This document shows, piece by piece, positions 19,214-29,328 of a stretch of DNA of 64,000 bases. The DNA is from an uncultured delta proteobacterium. Lineage in GTDB: Bacteria > Desulfobacterota > Binatia > Binatales > Binataceae. The stretch's first letter is position 1; each line of letters begins with the position of its first letter. The stretch covers positions 37,727-101,726 of the forward strand of contig CAVZDJ010000037.1 in NCBI GenBank assembly GCA_963773975.1, read 5' to 3'. The notes beneath the pieces were generated by a model, which was given only the letters and a program-made list of their open reading frames with translations, was not told the origin of the DNA and ran no database searches. The position numbers and the translations under genes are program-made.

Positions 19214-19305
19214 ATTGGCTGGGGGTGTGCGCGCACGAAGGGCGCACTGAGAACAGTAAACCCCTCGAACCTGATCCGGGTAATACCGGCGTAGGGAAGC
19301 CGCGC
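19214..19305 (+). promoter_or_regulatory. TPP (thiamin pyrophosphate) riboswitch, THI element
   Basis: The sequence reads CTGGGGGTG...CTGAGA...ACCCCTCGAACCTGATCCGGGTAATACCGGCGTAGGGA. It contains the conserved CUGAGA, ACCUGAUC and GGGUAAUACC blocks with a G-rich pairing partner. It lies about 80 nt upstream of thiS. Confidence 0.85.
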
Positions 19306-19385
19306 TCTGCCCCCTGCTTAACGGCGGAACGATCGCGGTCCCGCCTAAAGCCGCTTGCCCGAAATCGGGGAAGCGGCTTTCTTCG

Positions 19386-19607
19386 ATGCCCGAGAGTTCA
19401 CAGCGCTTCGCAATCCAGCTCAACGGTGAGGAGTATACGATCGAAGGCGACGCGGGCCTGGTGTCGCTGCTCGACCGGCTCAAAATGCGCCGCGGCCGGG
19501 TGGCGGTGGAAATAAATCAGGCCGTCATCCCGCGCGCCCAATACGACGCGGTCACGCTCAAGGCCGGCGACACGGTCGAGGTAATCAACTTCGTTGGCGG
19601 CGGGTAG
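19386..19607 (+). CDS. thiS: Sulfur carrier protein ThiS
   Basis: About 70 aa with a ubiquitin-like fold, ending in the C-terminal GG. It is directly upstream of thiG. Confidence 0.8.
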   Translation: MPESSQRFAIQLNGEEYTIEGDAGLVSLLDRLKMRRGRVAVEINQAVIPRAQYDAVTLKAGDTVEVINFVGGG

Positions 19608-19698
19608 CGCACGCGAGCCCGCGCACCCGATGCGCGGCGGATGTATGCCGGGGCCTGCGGCCCCTGTATGCCTGGCGTCCGCCCTGTATGATCAATAG

Positions 19699-20487
19699 AT
19701 GGAACACGCAATGGAACATGATCATTTCGAACTGGCCGGCAAGGTTTTTCATTCCCGGCTGATCGTCGGCACCGGCAAATATCGCGATTTCGCCGAGACT
19801 CGCGCGGCGGTCGAGGCGAGCGGCGCCGAGATTGTCACCGTCGCCGTGCGCCGGGTCAATATCGCCGATCGCAAGAGCGAGAACCTGCTCGATTATATCG
19901 ACCCCAAGCGCTATCAGATCCTGCCCAACACGGCCGGATGCTATACGGTCGAAGAGGCGGTGCGGACCTGCCGTCTCGCGCGCGAAGTCGGCGTGGGCGA
20001 CATGGTCAAACTCGAAGTCATCGGCGATCAGAAGACGCTCTTCCCCGACGTCCCGGCGACGATCGAAGCGGCGAAGATCCTGGTCAAGGAAGGCTTCAAG
20101 GTGCTGCCCTACATCACCGACGATCCGGTCGCGTGTCTGCGGCTGGCTGAGATCGGATGTGCGGCGGTAATGCCGCTGGCGGCGCCGATCGGCTCCGGGA
20201 TGGGCATCCGCAACCCGTTTAACCTGCGCATCATCATCGAGCAGGCGACGGTCCCCGTGATCGTCGATGCGGGCGTGGGCACGGCGTCGGACGCGGCCGA
20301 AGCAATGGAAGTTGGCGCCGACGGATTGCTGATCAACTCCGCGATCGCCGGCGCCAAGGAGCCGATCGCGATGGCGCGTGCGATGAAGCTCGCGATCGAA
20401 GCCGGGCGCATCGCGTATCTCGCTGGACGAATCGAGCGGAAGCTCTATGCGACGGCCTCAAGCCCGCTCAGCGGACTGATTCGCTAG
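19699..20487 (+). CDS. thiG: Thiazole synthase
   Basis: Strong ThiG sequence match across the protein ([12 protein letters not shown]..., [14 protein letters not shown]..., [13 protein letters not shown]...). Confidence 0.9.
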   Translation: MEHAMEHDHFELAGKVFHSRLIVGTGKYRDFAETRAAVEASGAEIVTVAVRRVNIADRKSENLLDYIDPKRYQILPNTAGCYTVEEAVRTCRLAREVGVGDMVKLEVIGDQKTLFPDVPATIEAAKILVKEGFKVLPYITDDPVACLRLAEIGCAAVMPLAAPIGSGMGIRNPFNLRIIIEQATVPVIVDAGVGTASDAAEAMEVGADGLLINSAIAGAKEPIAMARAMKLAIEAGRIAYLAGRIERKLYATASSPLSGLIR

Positions 20488-20577
20488 AATGATTCGAGAT
20501 TCGTTAAAATGATTCGCTAAAGCGCGCGACTTTCGCGCCAGGCTGCGTCCGCGCCGCGACATTCGTTAGAGCCACCA

Positions 20578-21291
20578 TTGGACAGCGCGCTCCGTCCGCC
20601 AGCCGCCTTTCAGCTCTACCTGATTAGCGATCGCCGCTTAGTCGCACCACGCGATCTCGCGGAGGTCTGCGACGAGGTGCTGGGCGCGCTCGCACGCGAT
20701 CCGTCGGCCGTCCGCGTTGCGCTGCAGCTTCGCGAAAAGGACCTCGGCGGACGCGAGCTTTATCAACTCGCGATGGCGCTGCGGCTCATCTGCACTCGGC
20801 ACGGCGCATATTTGATCGTAAACGACCGGATCGACGTAGCGCTCGCCGCCGAGGCCGACGGCGTGCATTTGCCCGCCGACTCGATCGCGATCGCCGACGC
20901 GCGACGGCTCGTAGGGACGTCGCGTTTCGTCGGCGTCTCGACGCATAGCGCCGCGGAGGCCGCCGATGCGGCCGCCGCAGGCGCCGACTTTGTGGTCTTC
21001 GGTCCGGTGTGGCCGCCGCTCTCGAAGCCCGGCTACGGCCCGGCACGCGGCGCCGAGGGACTCGGCGCCGCGTGCCGGGCCGCGGCCGGGATGGCGCTCT
21101 ACGCGCTCGGCGGAGTGACCGCCGAGCGCGCAGCGCAGCTGCTGGGCGCGCCCGGCGGGGCGGGCGCCGCCGATGGCGGCGCCCGCCCCGCCGGCGTCGC
21201 GGTCATCGGCGCCGTGTTCGGCGCCGATGACCCGGTAGCCGCGGCGCTTGCGCTCGCGCGCGCGATCCGGCGCGCGCTCGCGCCGGGGTAA
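20578..21291 (+). CDS. thiE: Thiamine-phosphate synthase
   Basis: Motifs LYLISDRR, IVNDRIDVALA, VGVSTHS and GGV place it in the ThiE family. The start is uncertain; the ORF track begins at a TTG. Confidence 0.8.
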   Translation: MDSALRPPAAFQLYLISDRRLVAPRDLAEVCDEVLGALARDPSAVRVALQLREKDLGGRELYQLAMALRLICTRHGAYLIVNDRIDVALAAEADGVHLPADSIAIADARRLVGTSRFVGVSTHSAAEAADAAAAGADFVVFGPVWPPLSKPGYGPARGAEGLGAACRAAAGMALYALGGVTAERAAQLLGAPGGAGAADGGARPAGVAVIGAVFGADDPVAAALALARAIRRALAPG

Positions 21292-21362
21292 TGCGCGAGA
21301 CATTGGCAGCAATTGGGAGATCCTGCTGGGATACCTGCAGCAGATATCGCAAGAGAATACCC

Positions 21363-21600
21363 ATGGAAGCAATATCTCTCAAACTCCCAGATAGACTCCT
21401 CGAGACCGCAGGAAGGTGCGCTTCAAAGCTTCGGCTCACCCGCGCCGAATATATTCGAGCGGCAATCGAACGGATGAATCGCGAGACCGCCGCGGCGATG
21501 CGCGTTCAGCGGCTTGCCGAAGCGTCAAGAAGGGTTCGCAAGGAGAGCATGCGTGTGAATGCCGAGTTCTCTGCAATCGAGCGCGAACCGGATGCCTGAA
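21363..21600 (+). CDS. Ribbon-helix-helix (CopG-like) antitoxin of a MazF/PemK-type toxin-antitoxin pair
   Basis: I take the internal M at 21363 (MEAISLKLPDRLLETAGRCASKLRLTRAEYIRAAIERMNRE), which has a ribbon-helix-helix beta-strand N-terminus. Its stop overlaps the toxin start (ATGCCTGA). Confidence 0.65.
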
Positions 21601-21976
21601 CGCGGCGAGATCTGGCTTGCAAACCTCAATCCACGTCGCGGCACAGAACCGGGTAAGTCGTGCCCGGTTCTCATCGTTCAAGCTCAAGTTCTGCTCGACG
21701 AAGGACACCCCCTCAACTCTGATCGTCCCGCTCACGACCAACCTGATCGATGAGGTCGCGCCCCTCCGTATTCGCATGTCAGCCCGCGAGTATTTGCGGC
21801 ACGACTCGGATCTACTAATCGATCAACTGCGCGCAATCGATAACAAACGATTGATAGAAGGCCCTCTGGCTCGGCTGGACAGCGAGTCGATGCGACGTGT
21901 CGGACAGGCGCTGCTCGAGGTTCTCGACCTTACCGCGATTCTGGACTCTACGACAATTCTGGATCCTACGAACTGA
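21592..21976 (+). pseudogene. MazF/PemK-family mRNA interferase toxin with a frameshift in a C5 run
   Basis: The N-terminal part (GEIWLANLNPRRGTEPGKSCPVLIVQ...) and the C-terminal part (TLIVPLTTNL...PLRIRM...DQLRAIDNKRL) lie in different frames. The join is at GGACACCCCCTCAACT near 21700-21715, where five Cs are present and four would keep the frame. Confidence 0.6.
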
Positions 21977-23654
21977 CCAGCGCGGCGGCCTGCTCGAGCG
22001 TGACGGCACTCCCGCCGAGCAGCATCGCCACCGCCCGTTCTTCCCACGCCCAGTCGGGCGGCGCGAGCGGATCCTGCGCGCTCAGGCGATGCTCGACGAC
22101 CATCCGGGAGAGCAACAGCCGCCGGCCGTTGTTCAGGCGCGCCGCCTCCCATGCCATCAGCACCGCCGTGGCCGCGTTGTAGAGCGCGCCCGCCGCCATC
22201 CGCGCAAGCCTCTCGCCCTCGGCGCCCGAGGAGCGCGCGGCGAACGCGACCGCGCGATCGATCGCCTCGCCCAGCCGCGCGCGGAATTTCTGCGGCACTC
22301 GCGAAGCCTCGGCCAGGCGCGCGTGCAGCGCCGCGCCGAGCGCCTCATGCGCGCCCATCTTGGCCGCCGCGCGGCCAATCGCATCGAGCGCGTTGATATT
22401 GCTGGTGCCCTCCCAGAGTACGCCGATTTGCGCGTCGCGGACCAGGCGCGGATTTATCCAATCCTCGATATAGCCGTTGCCGCCGCGCACCTCCATCGCG
22501 CCGGTCGCCACGCGCAGGTTGTCGCGGCACGCGCGGAACTTGAACAACGGGGTGAGGATGCGCAGCAAATGCACCGCGCTCTCATCGGCATGATTGGCAC
22601 GGTTCATCGCGTCAGCCGTCCACGCGTACATCGACAGCGCCTGTTCCGCCGGCACCATCAGCTTCAGCAACTGCCGGCGCACGAGCGGCATTTCGATCAG
22701 AGCGCGGCCAAATGCGATCCGGTTGCGGGCCACGCACAGCGCCTCGTTGAGGCAGCGGCGCATCATGGCGGCCGCGCGCACCCCGTGCGAGAGGCGCGAC
22801 AGGTTGACCTGGTCGAGCATCTGCTTGAAACCGGCGCGCAGTTCGCCGACCTGCCATGCGAAGGCACCCTCGAGCCGAATCTCTCCGCTCGCCATCGAGC
22901 GCGTGCCGAGCTTGTCCTTCAGGCGCACGATCCGATAGCGGTTGCGGCTGCCGTCCTCGAGCCGCCGCGGCATCGCAAACAGCCCCAAGCCGCGCGTGCC
23001 GGCGGCCGCGCCCTGCGGGCGCGCCAGGATGAGCGCCAGGTCGGCGTCGGTGTGCGAGCAGAACCATTTCTCGCCGTAAAGGCGCCATTCGCCGTTTTCC
23101 TGGCGCGCCTCGGTCTCCAAGGCACCCACGTCCGAGCCGCCCGACTTCTCGGTCATGAACTGCGTGCCCTTCCACAGCTCGGCGGGGTCCTGCGAGAGCA
23201 GGCGGGGAACGAGCCTGCGTTTGAGCTCGTCGCTGCCGTAACGAAGGATGATGAAGTTGCTGGTGTCCGAGACGCTGACCGGACACATCAGGCCGAACTC
23301 CGCCTGCACGAAGAGGTATTGGAACCCGTACTTGGCAATCGGCGGCATCGGCGCGGGCCATCCGAGCACGCCGGCGCGATAGCTCATCGCGTGCAGGCCC
23401 AATTCCGCGAACGCGATCCGCTCCATCTCGCGGTAGGCCGGATGATACTCGATCCAATCCTCGTCGCGGCCAAAGCGGTCGCGCGGATGGAGCACCGGCG
23501 GATGCTTGTCGGCGGCGGCGGCAAGCTCGTCGAGGCGGCCGCCCGCGAGACCGCCGAGGCGATCGAGATGGGGCTCGAGGTGTGCGCGCAATGCGGGCTC
23601 CATATAGATGTCGAGCAGGCCGCGAAACGCCTCGTCGGCGCGGTAGAAGTTCAT
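21966..23654 (-). CDS. Acyl-CoA dehydrogenase family protein (AidB-like, long form)
   Basis: I take the start at the internal ATG (MNFYRADEAF...). The ORF-track N-terminal 136 aa are S/T/R-rich, low-complexity and have no ribosome-binding site, so they are likely spurious. The real protein is about 562 aa with acyl-CoA-dehydrogenase motifs throughout. Confidence 0.7.
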   Translation of the reverse strand: MNFYRADEAFRGLLDIYMEPALRAHLEPHLDRLGGLAGGRLDELAAAADKHPPVLHPRDRFGRDEDWIEYHPAYREMERIAFAELGLHAMSYRAGVLGWPAPMPPIAKYGFQYLFVQAEFGLMCPVSVSDTSNFIILRYGSDELKRRLVPRLLSQDPAELWKGTQFMTEKSGGSDVGALETEARQENGEWRLYGEKWFCSHTDADLALILARPQGAAAGTRGLGLFAMPRRLEDGSRNRYRIVRLKDKLGTRSMASGEIRLEGAFAWQVGELRAGFKQMLDQVNLSRLSHGVRAAAMMRRCLNEALCVARNRIAFGRALIEMPLVRRQLLKLMVPAEQALSMYAWTADAMNRANHADESAVHLLRILTPLFKFRACRDNLRVATGAMEVRGGNGYIEDWINPRLVRDAQIGVLWEGTSNINALDAIGRAAAKMGAHEALGAALHARLAEASRVPQKFRARLGEAIDRAVAFAARSSGAEGERLARMAAGALYNAATAVLMAWEAARLNNGRRLLLSRMVVEHRLSAQDPLAPPDWAWEERAVAMLLGGSAVTLEQAAALVSS

Positions 23655-23772
23655 CCCGCGGCAATCGGGTGCGACGTGATCGGAGCCGGTCTTTTTAAGC
23701 GCGCCGCTGTTTGATCGAGCTTCCATAAGCGGGGGCTGGAGTCGGGCGCGCCACCAGGCGCCGGACTGGACG

Positions 23773-25077
23773 TTAGAACGGGTAGTTGATTCCCGAAAAC
23801 ACCGCCGCGCCCTCGCCGCCCCAGCCCGCATCGACATAGCCGACGACGAACGGCTCGGCGATCGCGCGAAAGCCCATCCCGCCCACGGGATGCAAATCCG
23901 TGACGAAGTCTTCGCCCGGGTTGTGGAAGACGCGGCCGACGTCGAAAAACGGCGCCAGCTCCAGGATTCCGTGGGTGTTGAAAATATCGGTTTCCCACAC
24001 CCGGGAGCGCATCTCGACGTTGATGTCGAAGAGGTTGTTATCGACGAAGCGTCCCGCGCCATAACCTCGCAGCGTCTGCTGGTTGAACAGCAGGCTCGAT
24101 TCGCCGCCTAACCGCGCCATCGACCAGAACGGGACCTCGTTGCCGGACGGCATGTACTGCAGGTAGCCATGCGTGGCGAGGGTGATCTTGGGACCGATCG
24201 GAAAGTAATGATGGATGTCGGCGCCGAAACGGGTATATGAAACCGAACTCAGAAAGCTGCGATCGGCGATCGAGGCGTAAATCAGTTGGTAGCCGCCCTC
24301 GGTCGGGAGGTCGACCGAGTCGCGGGTGTCGTAGCTGGCTTGGATCTGGTTGAGCACTTCGGTGCCGCCGTTGAGACCCTTGATGTTGGGGAACTGCTTG
24401 AAGATGCTCGGAATCGACTCGAACGCGCCGTTGAAGATCCGCACGTAGCGCGGCCGCTCGACCACCGCGATCTGGAGGCGCGGCGTGATGTTGTAGCCGA
24501 GCGTCCCCTGGAAGTAGAGCTGTTCGGTCGTGTAGTTGCTCTCGTTGCCTTCGGAGGAACTGTTGCCGATTCCAAAGAAGCGCTCGGTCGGATCGCGCTC
24601 AAAGAAGAAGTGCCCCTCGAAGGAAAAATTCCCCTGATGAGTGCGGCCGGTCGCGTAGTCCAAATCGACGTGGCGCGCGATCTTTTCCTCGAACCCGGCG
24701 ATCACGTAGTACTGCGTGTCTGCCGACGGGTAACCGAGATAGCGAAACGTCCCGCCGGGCCCCAGGGTCGAGTTGCCCGTGATGTCGGGCGCCAGGATGT
24801 TGTTGATCTCGCCTTGCTTGTCGGTGAATAGCATCGCGGCCAACACGCCGTAGGTGACGCCGGAGTTGGGGTCGGTCTCGATTTCGGGAATCGGGATCAG
24901 GGTGAAGGGCCAGTTGTGCGGGTTGAGCGTGCTCGGCCAGGTGTTGGGGTTCAGATAGCCCGGCCAGGTGTCGGGATTGAGAGAGCTATTGGGGCTGAGC
25001 AAAGTGAACGCGCGCGCCGGACGGGTGCACGGCATCCACGCCATCAAGATCAACACTATTGCGCACAGTCTCTTCAT
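23773..25077 (-). CDS. Omp85/D15 surface-antigen family outer-membrane beta-barrel protein
   Basis: I take the start at MKRLCAIVLILMAW, which is a signal peptide. The C-terminal beta-barrel ends in ...FSGINYPF, with an aromatic terminal residue. The N-terminus carries three tandem copies of LNPxTWPxx. Confidence 0.6.
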   Translation of the reverse strand: MKRLCAIVLILMAWMPCTRPARAFTLLSPNSSLNPDTWPGYLNPNTWPSTLNPHNWPFTLIPIPEIETDPNSGVTYGVLAAMLFTDKQGEINNILAPDITGNSTLGPGGTFRYLGYPSADTQYYVIAGFEEKIARHVDLDYATGRTHQGNFSFEGHFFFERDPTERFFGIGNSSSEGNESNYTTEQLYFQGTLGYNITPRLQIAVVERPRYVRIFNGAFESIPSIFKQFPNIKGLNGGTEVLNQIQASYDTRDSVDLPTEGGYQLIYASIADRSFLSSVSYTRFGADIHHYFPIGPKITLATHGYLQYMPSGNEVPFWSMARLGGESSLLFNQQTLRGYGAGRFVDNNLFDINVEMRSRVWETDIFNTHGILELAPFFDVGRVFHNPGEDFVTDLHPVGGMGFRAIAEPFVVGYVDAGWGGEGAAVFSGINYPF

Positions 25078-25340
25078 CGACCATTGATGCGGACATAACA
25101 CATACCGCAAGACTTATGGGGTAACAACGTGACAGGCATCGGCGCTTCGATCAACTATCAACTATCCGCTATTCCGCCATTTCCGCCCTCGCCGAAAATG
25201 TGCAAGGATTCCCGCAGGGCAAGCCCCGGGGTCAGTACGCGACCCGTTGCCGCGCACGGTTTGGGTGAGCCGCCCAAGGGGGCGCGCCTCGCCCACAACC
25301 GGCGCCACGGCCAGCCCACATTGCCAGGGAGGTTCTGCTG

Positions 25341-27032
25341 ATGCCTAAAGTCGACGGCGGAGAATTGGTCGCCCGCGTGATGCGGGAGAACAAGGCGCGG
25401 TATTGTTTCTCAATCAATGGCGGGCACCTGTTCCCGATCCTCGCGCAGCTGCGCGCCAACGAAATCAAGCTTATCCACATGCGTCACGAGCAGGCGACTG
25501 CCTACGCCGCGGACGCCTATGCGCGGATGACCGGCGAAGCCGGGGTATGCATGGTTACGGCGGGATGCGGGCTGACTAATGCGATGACTGGACTGTGCCT
25601 CGCCGCGATGACCAACAGTGCCGTCGTCTGCGTCTCCGGCCAGCATCCGAATACCGAGGACCATCAGGGCTCCTTCCAGGAAGCCTACGGCTCCGAGATG
25701 CTGAGCAGTTTCGCCAAATACACCAAGCGCGTGACCGACTGGAGCACGATCGAATTCGACATGCGCCTGGCCTTTCGCGAGGCAATCACGCCGCCGCAAG
25801 GCGTGGCGCTGGTCGAGATTCCGCAGAACATCCTGTACCACGGCGATGAAGACAAACGGCAGAGCCCCGGCGGGATGCGTTTCACGGTCGACGACGTCCG
25901 CTCGGCGGGCGATCCAGCCAAGATCGACCGCGCGCTCGAATTGTTGGCGGCGGCGGAACGCCCGCTGATCGCCGGCGGCGACGGAATTTTCTGGTCGCAG
26001 GCCGGCCCGGAGTTGCGCGAGTTCGTCGAGCTTACCTCGATTCCCGTCTACGCGCGGCGCGCCGGCCAGGGTGCCGTGTCCGAGGAACATCCACTGGCGA
26101 TCCGCGGCGCCTTCAAGAAGCCCTTCACCGGCCGCGCCGACGTCGTGCTGACGCTGGGCTTCCGCTTCTGGAGCGGCGAGCACTTCGGGCGTCCCAAGAC
26201 CTGGAATGACAAGGCCAAATATATCCAGGTCGACCCGACGCCGAGCCGGATCGGATGGCAGGTGCCGGCGGAAGTTCCACTGGTCGGCGATCCCAAGTTG
26301 GTGCTGCGCCAGATGATCAATCGGATTAAGGAGCTCAAGCTCGACTTCTCGAAAAATCGCAGCTCGCAGTGGCTCAAGGAACTCGCCGAGGTCCGCTCCA
26401 ATTTCGAGCACCAGGTGGTCGAAAATGCCAAAAAGTTTCAGACCAACCGTCCGATCCATCCGGCGCGGCTCGCCCGCGACCTGGTCTCGGTGCTCGACAA
26501 AAACTGCACCGTCGTGATCGACAGCTTCACGCTCTCGGGATGGATGAGTCAGAACTTCGTCTGCCGCTTCCCCGGCCAGGTGATCGACGCCGGACCGCTG
26601 GCGCCGGTGGGCCACGGCTTCGGGATGGGAATCGGGGCGCAGCTTGCGCGGCCGGGCGCGCAGGTCGTGATGGTGATGGGCGACGGCGGCCTGGGGATCG
26701 GCGGCTGGGACATGGAGACCGCGGCGCGCTACAAGCTGCCAATCGTCTGCCTGCTGTGGAACAACAGTTCGTGGGGCCCGAGCTTCGAGTCGATGCCGTT
26801 GCTGAAGGACCGCACTGACCCGTTCAACATGCTCCAGGATATTCGCTACGACAAGATTTTCGCCGAGATGGGATGCCATGGCGAGAACGTCACGGACCCC
26901 GACCAGATTATCCCGGCGCTCGATCGCGCTTTCAAATCGGGCAAGCCCGCGCTGGTCAACGTAATCGGCGATAAGACCGTCGGTCATCCCACGCTCGGCG
27001 GTAATCTGCTCGGGTCGACCGGCACCAACTGA
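25341..27032 (+). CDS. Thiamine-pyrophosphate-dependent enzyme, oxalyl-CoA decarboxylase-like (acetolactate synthase superfamily)
   Basis: It has the TPP-binding motif MGDGGLGIGGWDMETAARYKLPIVCLLWNN and is 563 aa. From memory it resembles Oxc (for example KTWNDKAKYIQVD against the Oxc KTWGDELKKYVQID). An frc gene lies 4 kb downstream. Confidence 0.6.
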   Translation: MPKVDGGELVARVMRENKARYCFSINGGHLFPILAQLRANEIKLIHMRHEQATAYAADAYARMTGEAGVCMVTAGCGLTNAMTGLCLAAMTNSAVVCVSGQHPNTEDHQGSFQEAYGSEMLSSFAKYTKRVTDWSTIEFDMRLAFREAITPPQGVALVEIPQNILYHGDEDKRQSPGGMRFTVDDVRSAGDPAKIDRALELLAAAERPLIAGGDGIFWSQAGPELREFVELTSIPVYARRAGQGAVSEEHPLAIRGAFKKPFTGRADVVLTLGFRFWSGEHFGRPKTWNDKAKYIQVDPTPSRIGWQVPAEVPLVGDPKLVLRQMINRIKELKLDFSKNRSSQWLKELAEVRSNFEHQVVENAKKFQTNRPIHPARLARDLVSVLDKNCTVVIDSFTLSGWMSQNFVCRFPGQVIDAGPLAPVGHGFGMGIGAQLARPGAQVVMVMGDGGLGIGGWDMETAARYKLPIVCLLWNNSSWGPSFESMPLLKDRTDPFNMLQDIRYDKIFAEMGCHGENVTDPDQIIPALDRAFKSGKPALVNVIGDKTVGHPTLGGNLLGSTGTN

Positions 27033-27083
27033 TTCACCCGCGCGCCGCACGCATTGCGGGCGTCGGCTGGACTGAACTCAACA

Positions 27084-27122
27084 GGGGCGATGGGGCAGCG
27101 GTCTCATCGCCCCTCATCTTTG
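27084..27122 (+). terminator. Rho-independent terminator after the TPP-dependent enzyme gene
   Basis: GGGGCGATG-loop-CATCGCCCC forms a 9-bp perfect stem and is followed by TCATCTTT. Confidence 0.55.
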
Positions 27123-27184
27123 ATGCGTCCTGAAGGGAGACGGAACGCTTTATCGCGTGCGTGGACCGTGTAAGCTTGGATGTG

Positions 27185-27745
27185 ATGGTTGTCCAGCCTG
27201 TGCGTCGAGTCCTCCGCCTCGCGGCCGGGATGGCCGCGCCGATCCTGCTGATCCCGCCGGCGCTCGCTCTTACCGGATGCAAACTCGCGGACACGAACAA
27301 GGTCGCGGCCGTTCCGAAAAGCTGCCCCGACGGCGCCGAACTTAAGGGCGCGCCGCCGCCCGACGGTACTGAAATCTGGTGCGAGAAGGAGGTCGGCGGT
27401 ATCCCGGTCAAGGACGGCGCTTTCGTCGTCTACAACTTGAGCGGCGCGAGGATGATCGAAGGTTACTACCACGACGGCAAGCAGTCGGGCGAATGGACGA
27501 TGTGGCACGCCAACGGCCAGCGCTCCTCAGTCGACCATTACACCGATGGCGTGCAGAACGGGATGCACACGAGCTGGTATTCCAACGGCTCCAAGGCGAT
27601 CGAAGGCGAGTACCGCGACGGCAAACGCGAAGGCGTGTGGCATCGATGGGATCCCAACGGGTTCAAACAATGGACCGACGTTTACAAGGATGACGAAAAG
27701 ATCTCGGGCGATGTCAGCGATGGCCCCAAGAGCAAAATTCCGTGA
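27185..27745 (+). CDS. MORN-repeat (MORN_2/YwqK-like) lipoprotein
   Basis: A lipoprotein signal peptide ends in LALTGC. The repeats G(E/V)W(T/H)xWxxNG (GEWTMWHANGQ, GMHTSWYSNG, GVWHRWDPNG) follow. Confidence 0.6.
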   Translation: MVVQPVRRVLRLAAGMAAPILLIPPALALTGCKLADTNKVAAVPKSCPDGAELKGAPPPDGTEIWCEKEVGGIPVKDGAFVVYNLSGARMIEGYYHDGKQSGEWTMWHANGQRSSVDHYTDGVQNGMHTSWYSNGSKAIEGEYRDGKREGVWHRWDPNGFKQWTDVYKDDEKISGDVSDGPKSKIP

Positions 27746-27748
27746 CCA

Positions 27749-29317
27749 TCATTCCATCGCGGATTGCGACGCCTCGATCGCCGCGAACGGGATTGCAGCG
27801 GCCGCAAGCGCGCTGGTGTAGTACGCCTCGGGCGCGCCCCACACCAGCGCGGGTTCGGCGCGATTGCCGATGCCAAGCGGATGCGCGAAAACTTGCTCGA
27901 TGTTGGCATTGATCCGCAGCGAGTTGGGCGCAAGCGGCGCGGCCAGCACGCCTTTGCGAATCAGGTAGGAGTCACCGCTCACAGTGCAGGTGAAATCGCC
28001 CGCGCGCTGCCCGTTGATCGGATAGGTGTACCAGACGCGGCCGACGTAGATTCCCTCGCCCACCGCGCGGATCAGCTCGCGTTCACTTTTTCCGTCGCGC
28101 GCGCGCATCACCACGTTGGTCGCCGACGATCCAGGATGGCCGTCAAAGCGGCGCACCGCGCTCTCGCCCAGGCGATATCCACTATTGGGCGGGAATTCGG
28201 TTTGCTCGGCGCCGAGCGGCCCGAGTTTCTCGGCGCGATGCTCGTCGGTCGCGAGCCGATGACTGTCGTAAAAGTTCGACAACAATCCGATCAGCCGCCC
28301 GTCGCGGATCATCGTCGTGCGGCGTGCAGGCAGCCCTTCGCAGGTCAGCCGCCGGTGAATCGCGCCACGCGCCGCCGCGGGATCGTCGAGCAGGGTCAGG
28401 CGAGCGTCCATCACCTGCGCGCCGAAGCGTCCGTGATAAGCCGTGCTGGCGGCGTGAAACGCGCCGGTGGAGAGTGACGGAATCACCATGTAATTGAGTA
28501 TCTCAGCAACCGGCTGCGGACCGAACACCACGCGATAGGTTCCACCCGGCGGCCGTTCGCCTCCGCCGAGCGCGAGCGCGCGCGTGACCGCGTCACGTCC
28601 GGCCCGCTCCGCGGCGGCGCGCATCGCGCCAAGCGTCGCGCCGAGCGCCGACGCGGTGCCCTTGGCACCGAGCGATTCGATAAGCGCTGTCGCCGTGGAG
28701 GTGAAGTGCGCACCGGCCTCGGCCCGCACGTCGTCGAAGTTCGAACTCGCAAGCGCCATCCGATCGCGCATCATCGCGACGTCACCGCCCAGCACCAGGC
28801 CGGGCGCCGACGCTTCGATGATGCGCGCCGCCGTAAAGGCCTCGAGCGCGCCGCCCACGATTCGCCACGCCGCCTCGACCAGCGCGGCGTCGCTGGCGCG
28901 CAGAAGGCCGCCAGCCGCCGCGTCGGCGGGACGGGCTGAGTCTGGCGAAAGTTTGCGCGAAGCGCTGAGCAGTCCAGGAAAATGAGGATCGACCAGCGCC
29001 GCGCTGCGCGCGCGCACGAGCGCCGCCCGCAGCGCTTCGAGGCTAAAGTCGCCGGCCTCGGTCGCGGTGCCGATCTCGCGCGCATCGCGGCGCATCACGA
29101 CCCTGAGCGTGAAGCCGTCCGCCACGTGCGACTTCAACTCTTCGACGCCGCGGGAAGGAATGTCCGAGGTATACGCGAGACGCGCCACGCGATGCTCGGC
29201 CGAGGCGCAATAGATCTCGAACTGGGCGAGATCGCGCTCGCCCGCGAGCATCGCCCGCGCCTCGCGCACGAAGTTTTTCAGTTCCGCCGCCGCGCGCATC
29301 GCCGCGTTATCCTCCAC
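27749..29317 (-). CDS. pmbA: TldE/PmbA family metalloprotease component
   Basis: PmbA_TldD fold of about 520 aa with no HExxxH motif. It is directly downstream of the tldD-like gene on the same strand. Confidence 0.65.
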   Translation of the reverse strand: MEDNAAMRAAAELKNFVREARAMLAGERDLAQFEIYCASAEHRVARLAYTSDIPSRGVEELKSHVADGFTLRVVMRRDAREIGTATEAGDFSLEALRAALVRARSAALVDPHFPGLLSASRKLSPDSARPADAAAGGLLRASDAALVEAAWRIVGGALEAFTAARIIEASAPGLVLGGDVAMMRDRMALASSNFDDVRAEAGAHFTSTATALIESLGAKGTASALGATLGAMRAAAERAGRDAVTRALALGGGERPPGGTYRVVFGPQPVAEILNYMVIPSLSTGAFHAASTAYHGRFGAQVMDARLTLLDDPAAARGAIHRRLTCEGLPARRTTMIRDGRLIGLLSNFYDSHRLATDEHRAEKLGPLGAEQTEFPPNSGYRLGESAVRRFDGHPGSSATNVVMRARDGKSERELIRAVGEGIYVGRVWYTYPINGQRAGDFTCTVSGDSYLIRKGVLAAPLAPNSLRINANIEQVFAHPLGIGNRAEPALVWGAPEAYYTSALAAAAIPFAAIEASQSAME

Positions 29318-29328
29318 TCATCCTTTTC

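Noticed and set aside
21897-23714. 605-aa plus-strand ORF
   Set aside because: It is antisense to the AidB-like acyl-CoA dehydrogenase and its composition is biased.
23655-24062. 136-aa S/T-rich N-terminal extension of the AidB-like ORF
   Set aside because: Low complexity. Homology starts at MNFYRADEAF, and alignment with AidB-type proteins begins there.
25410-27050. 546-aa minus-strand ORF
   Set aside because: It is antisense to the TPP-dependent enzyme, which carries a clear GDGG TPP motif on the plus strand.
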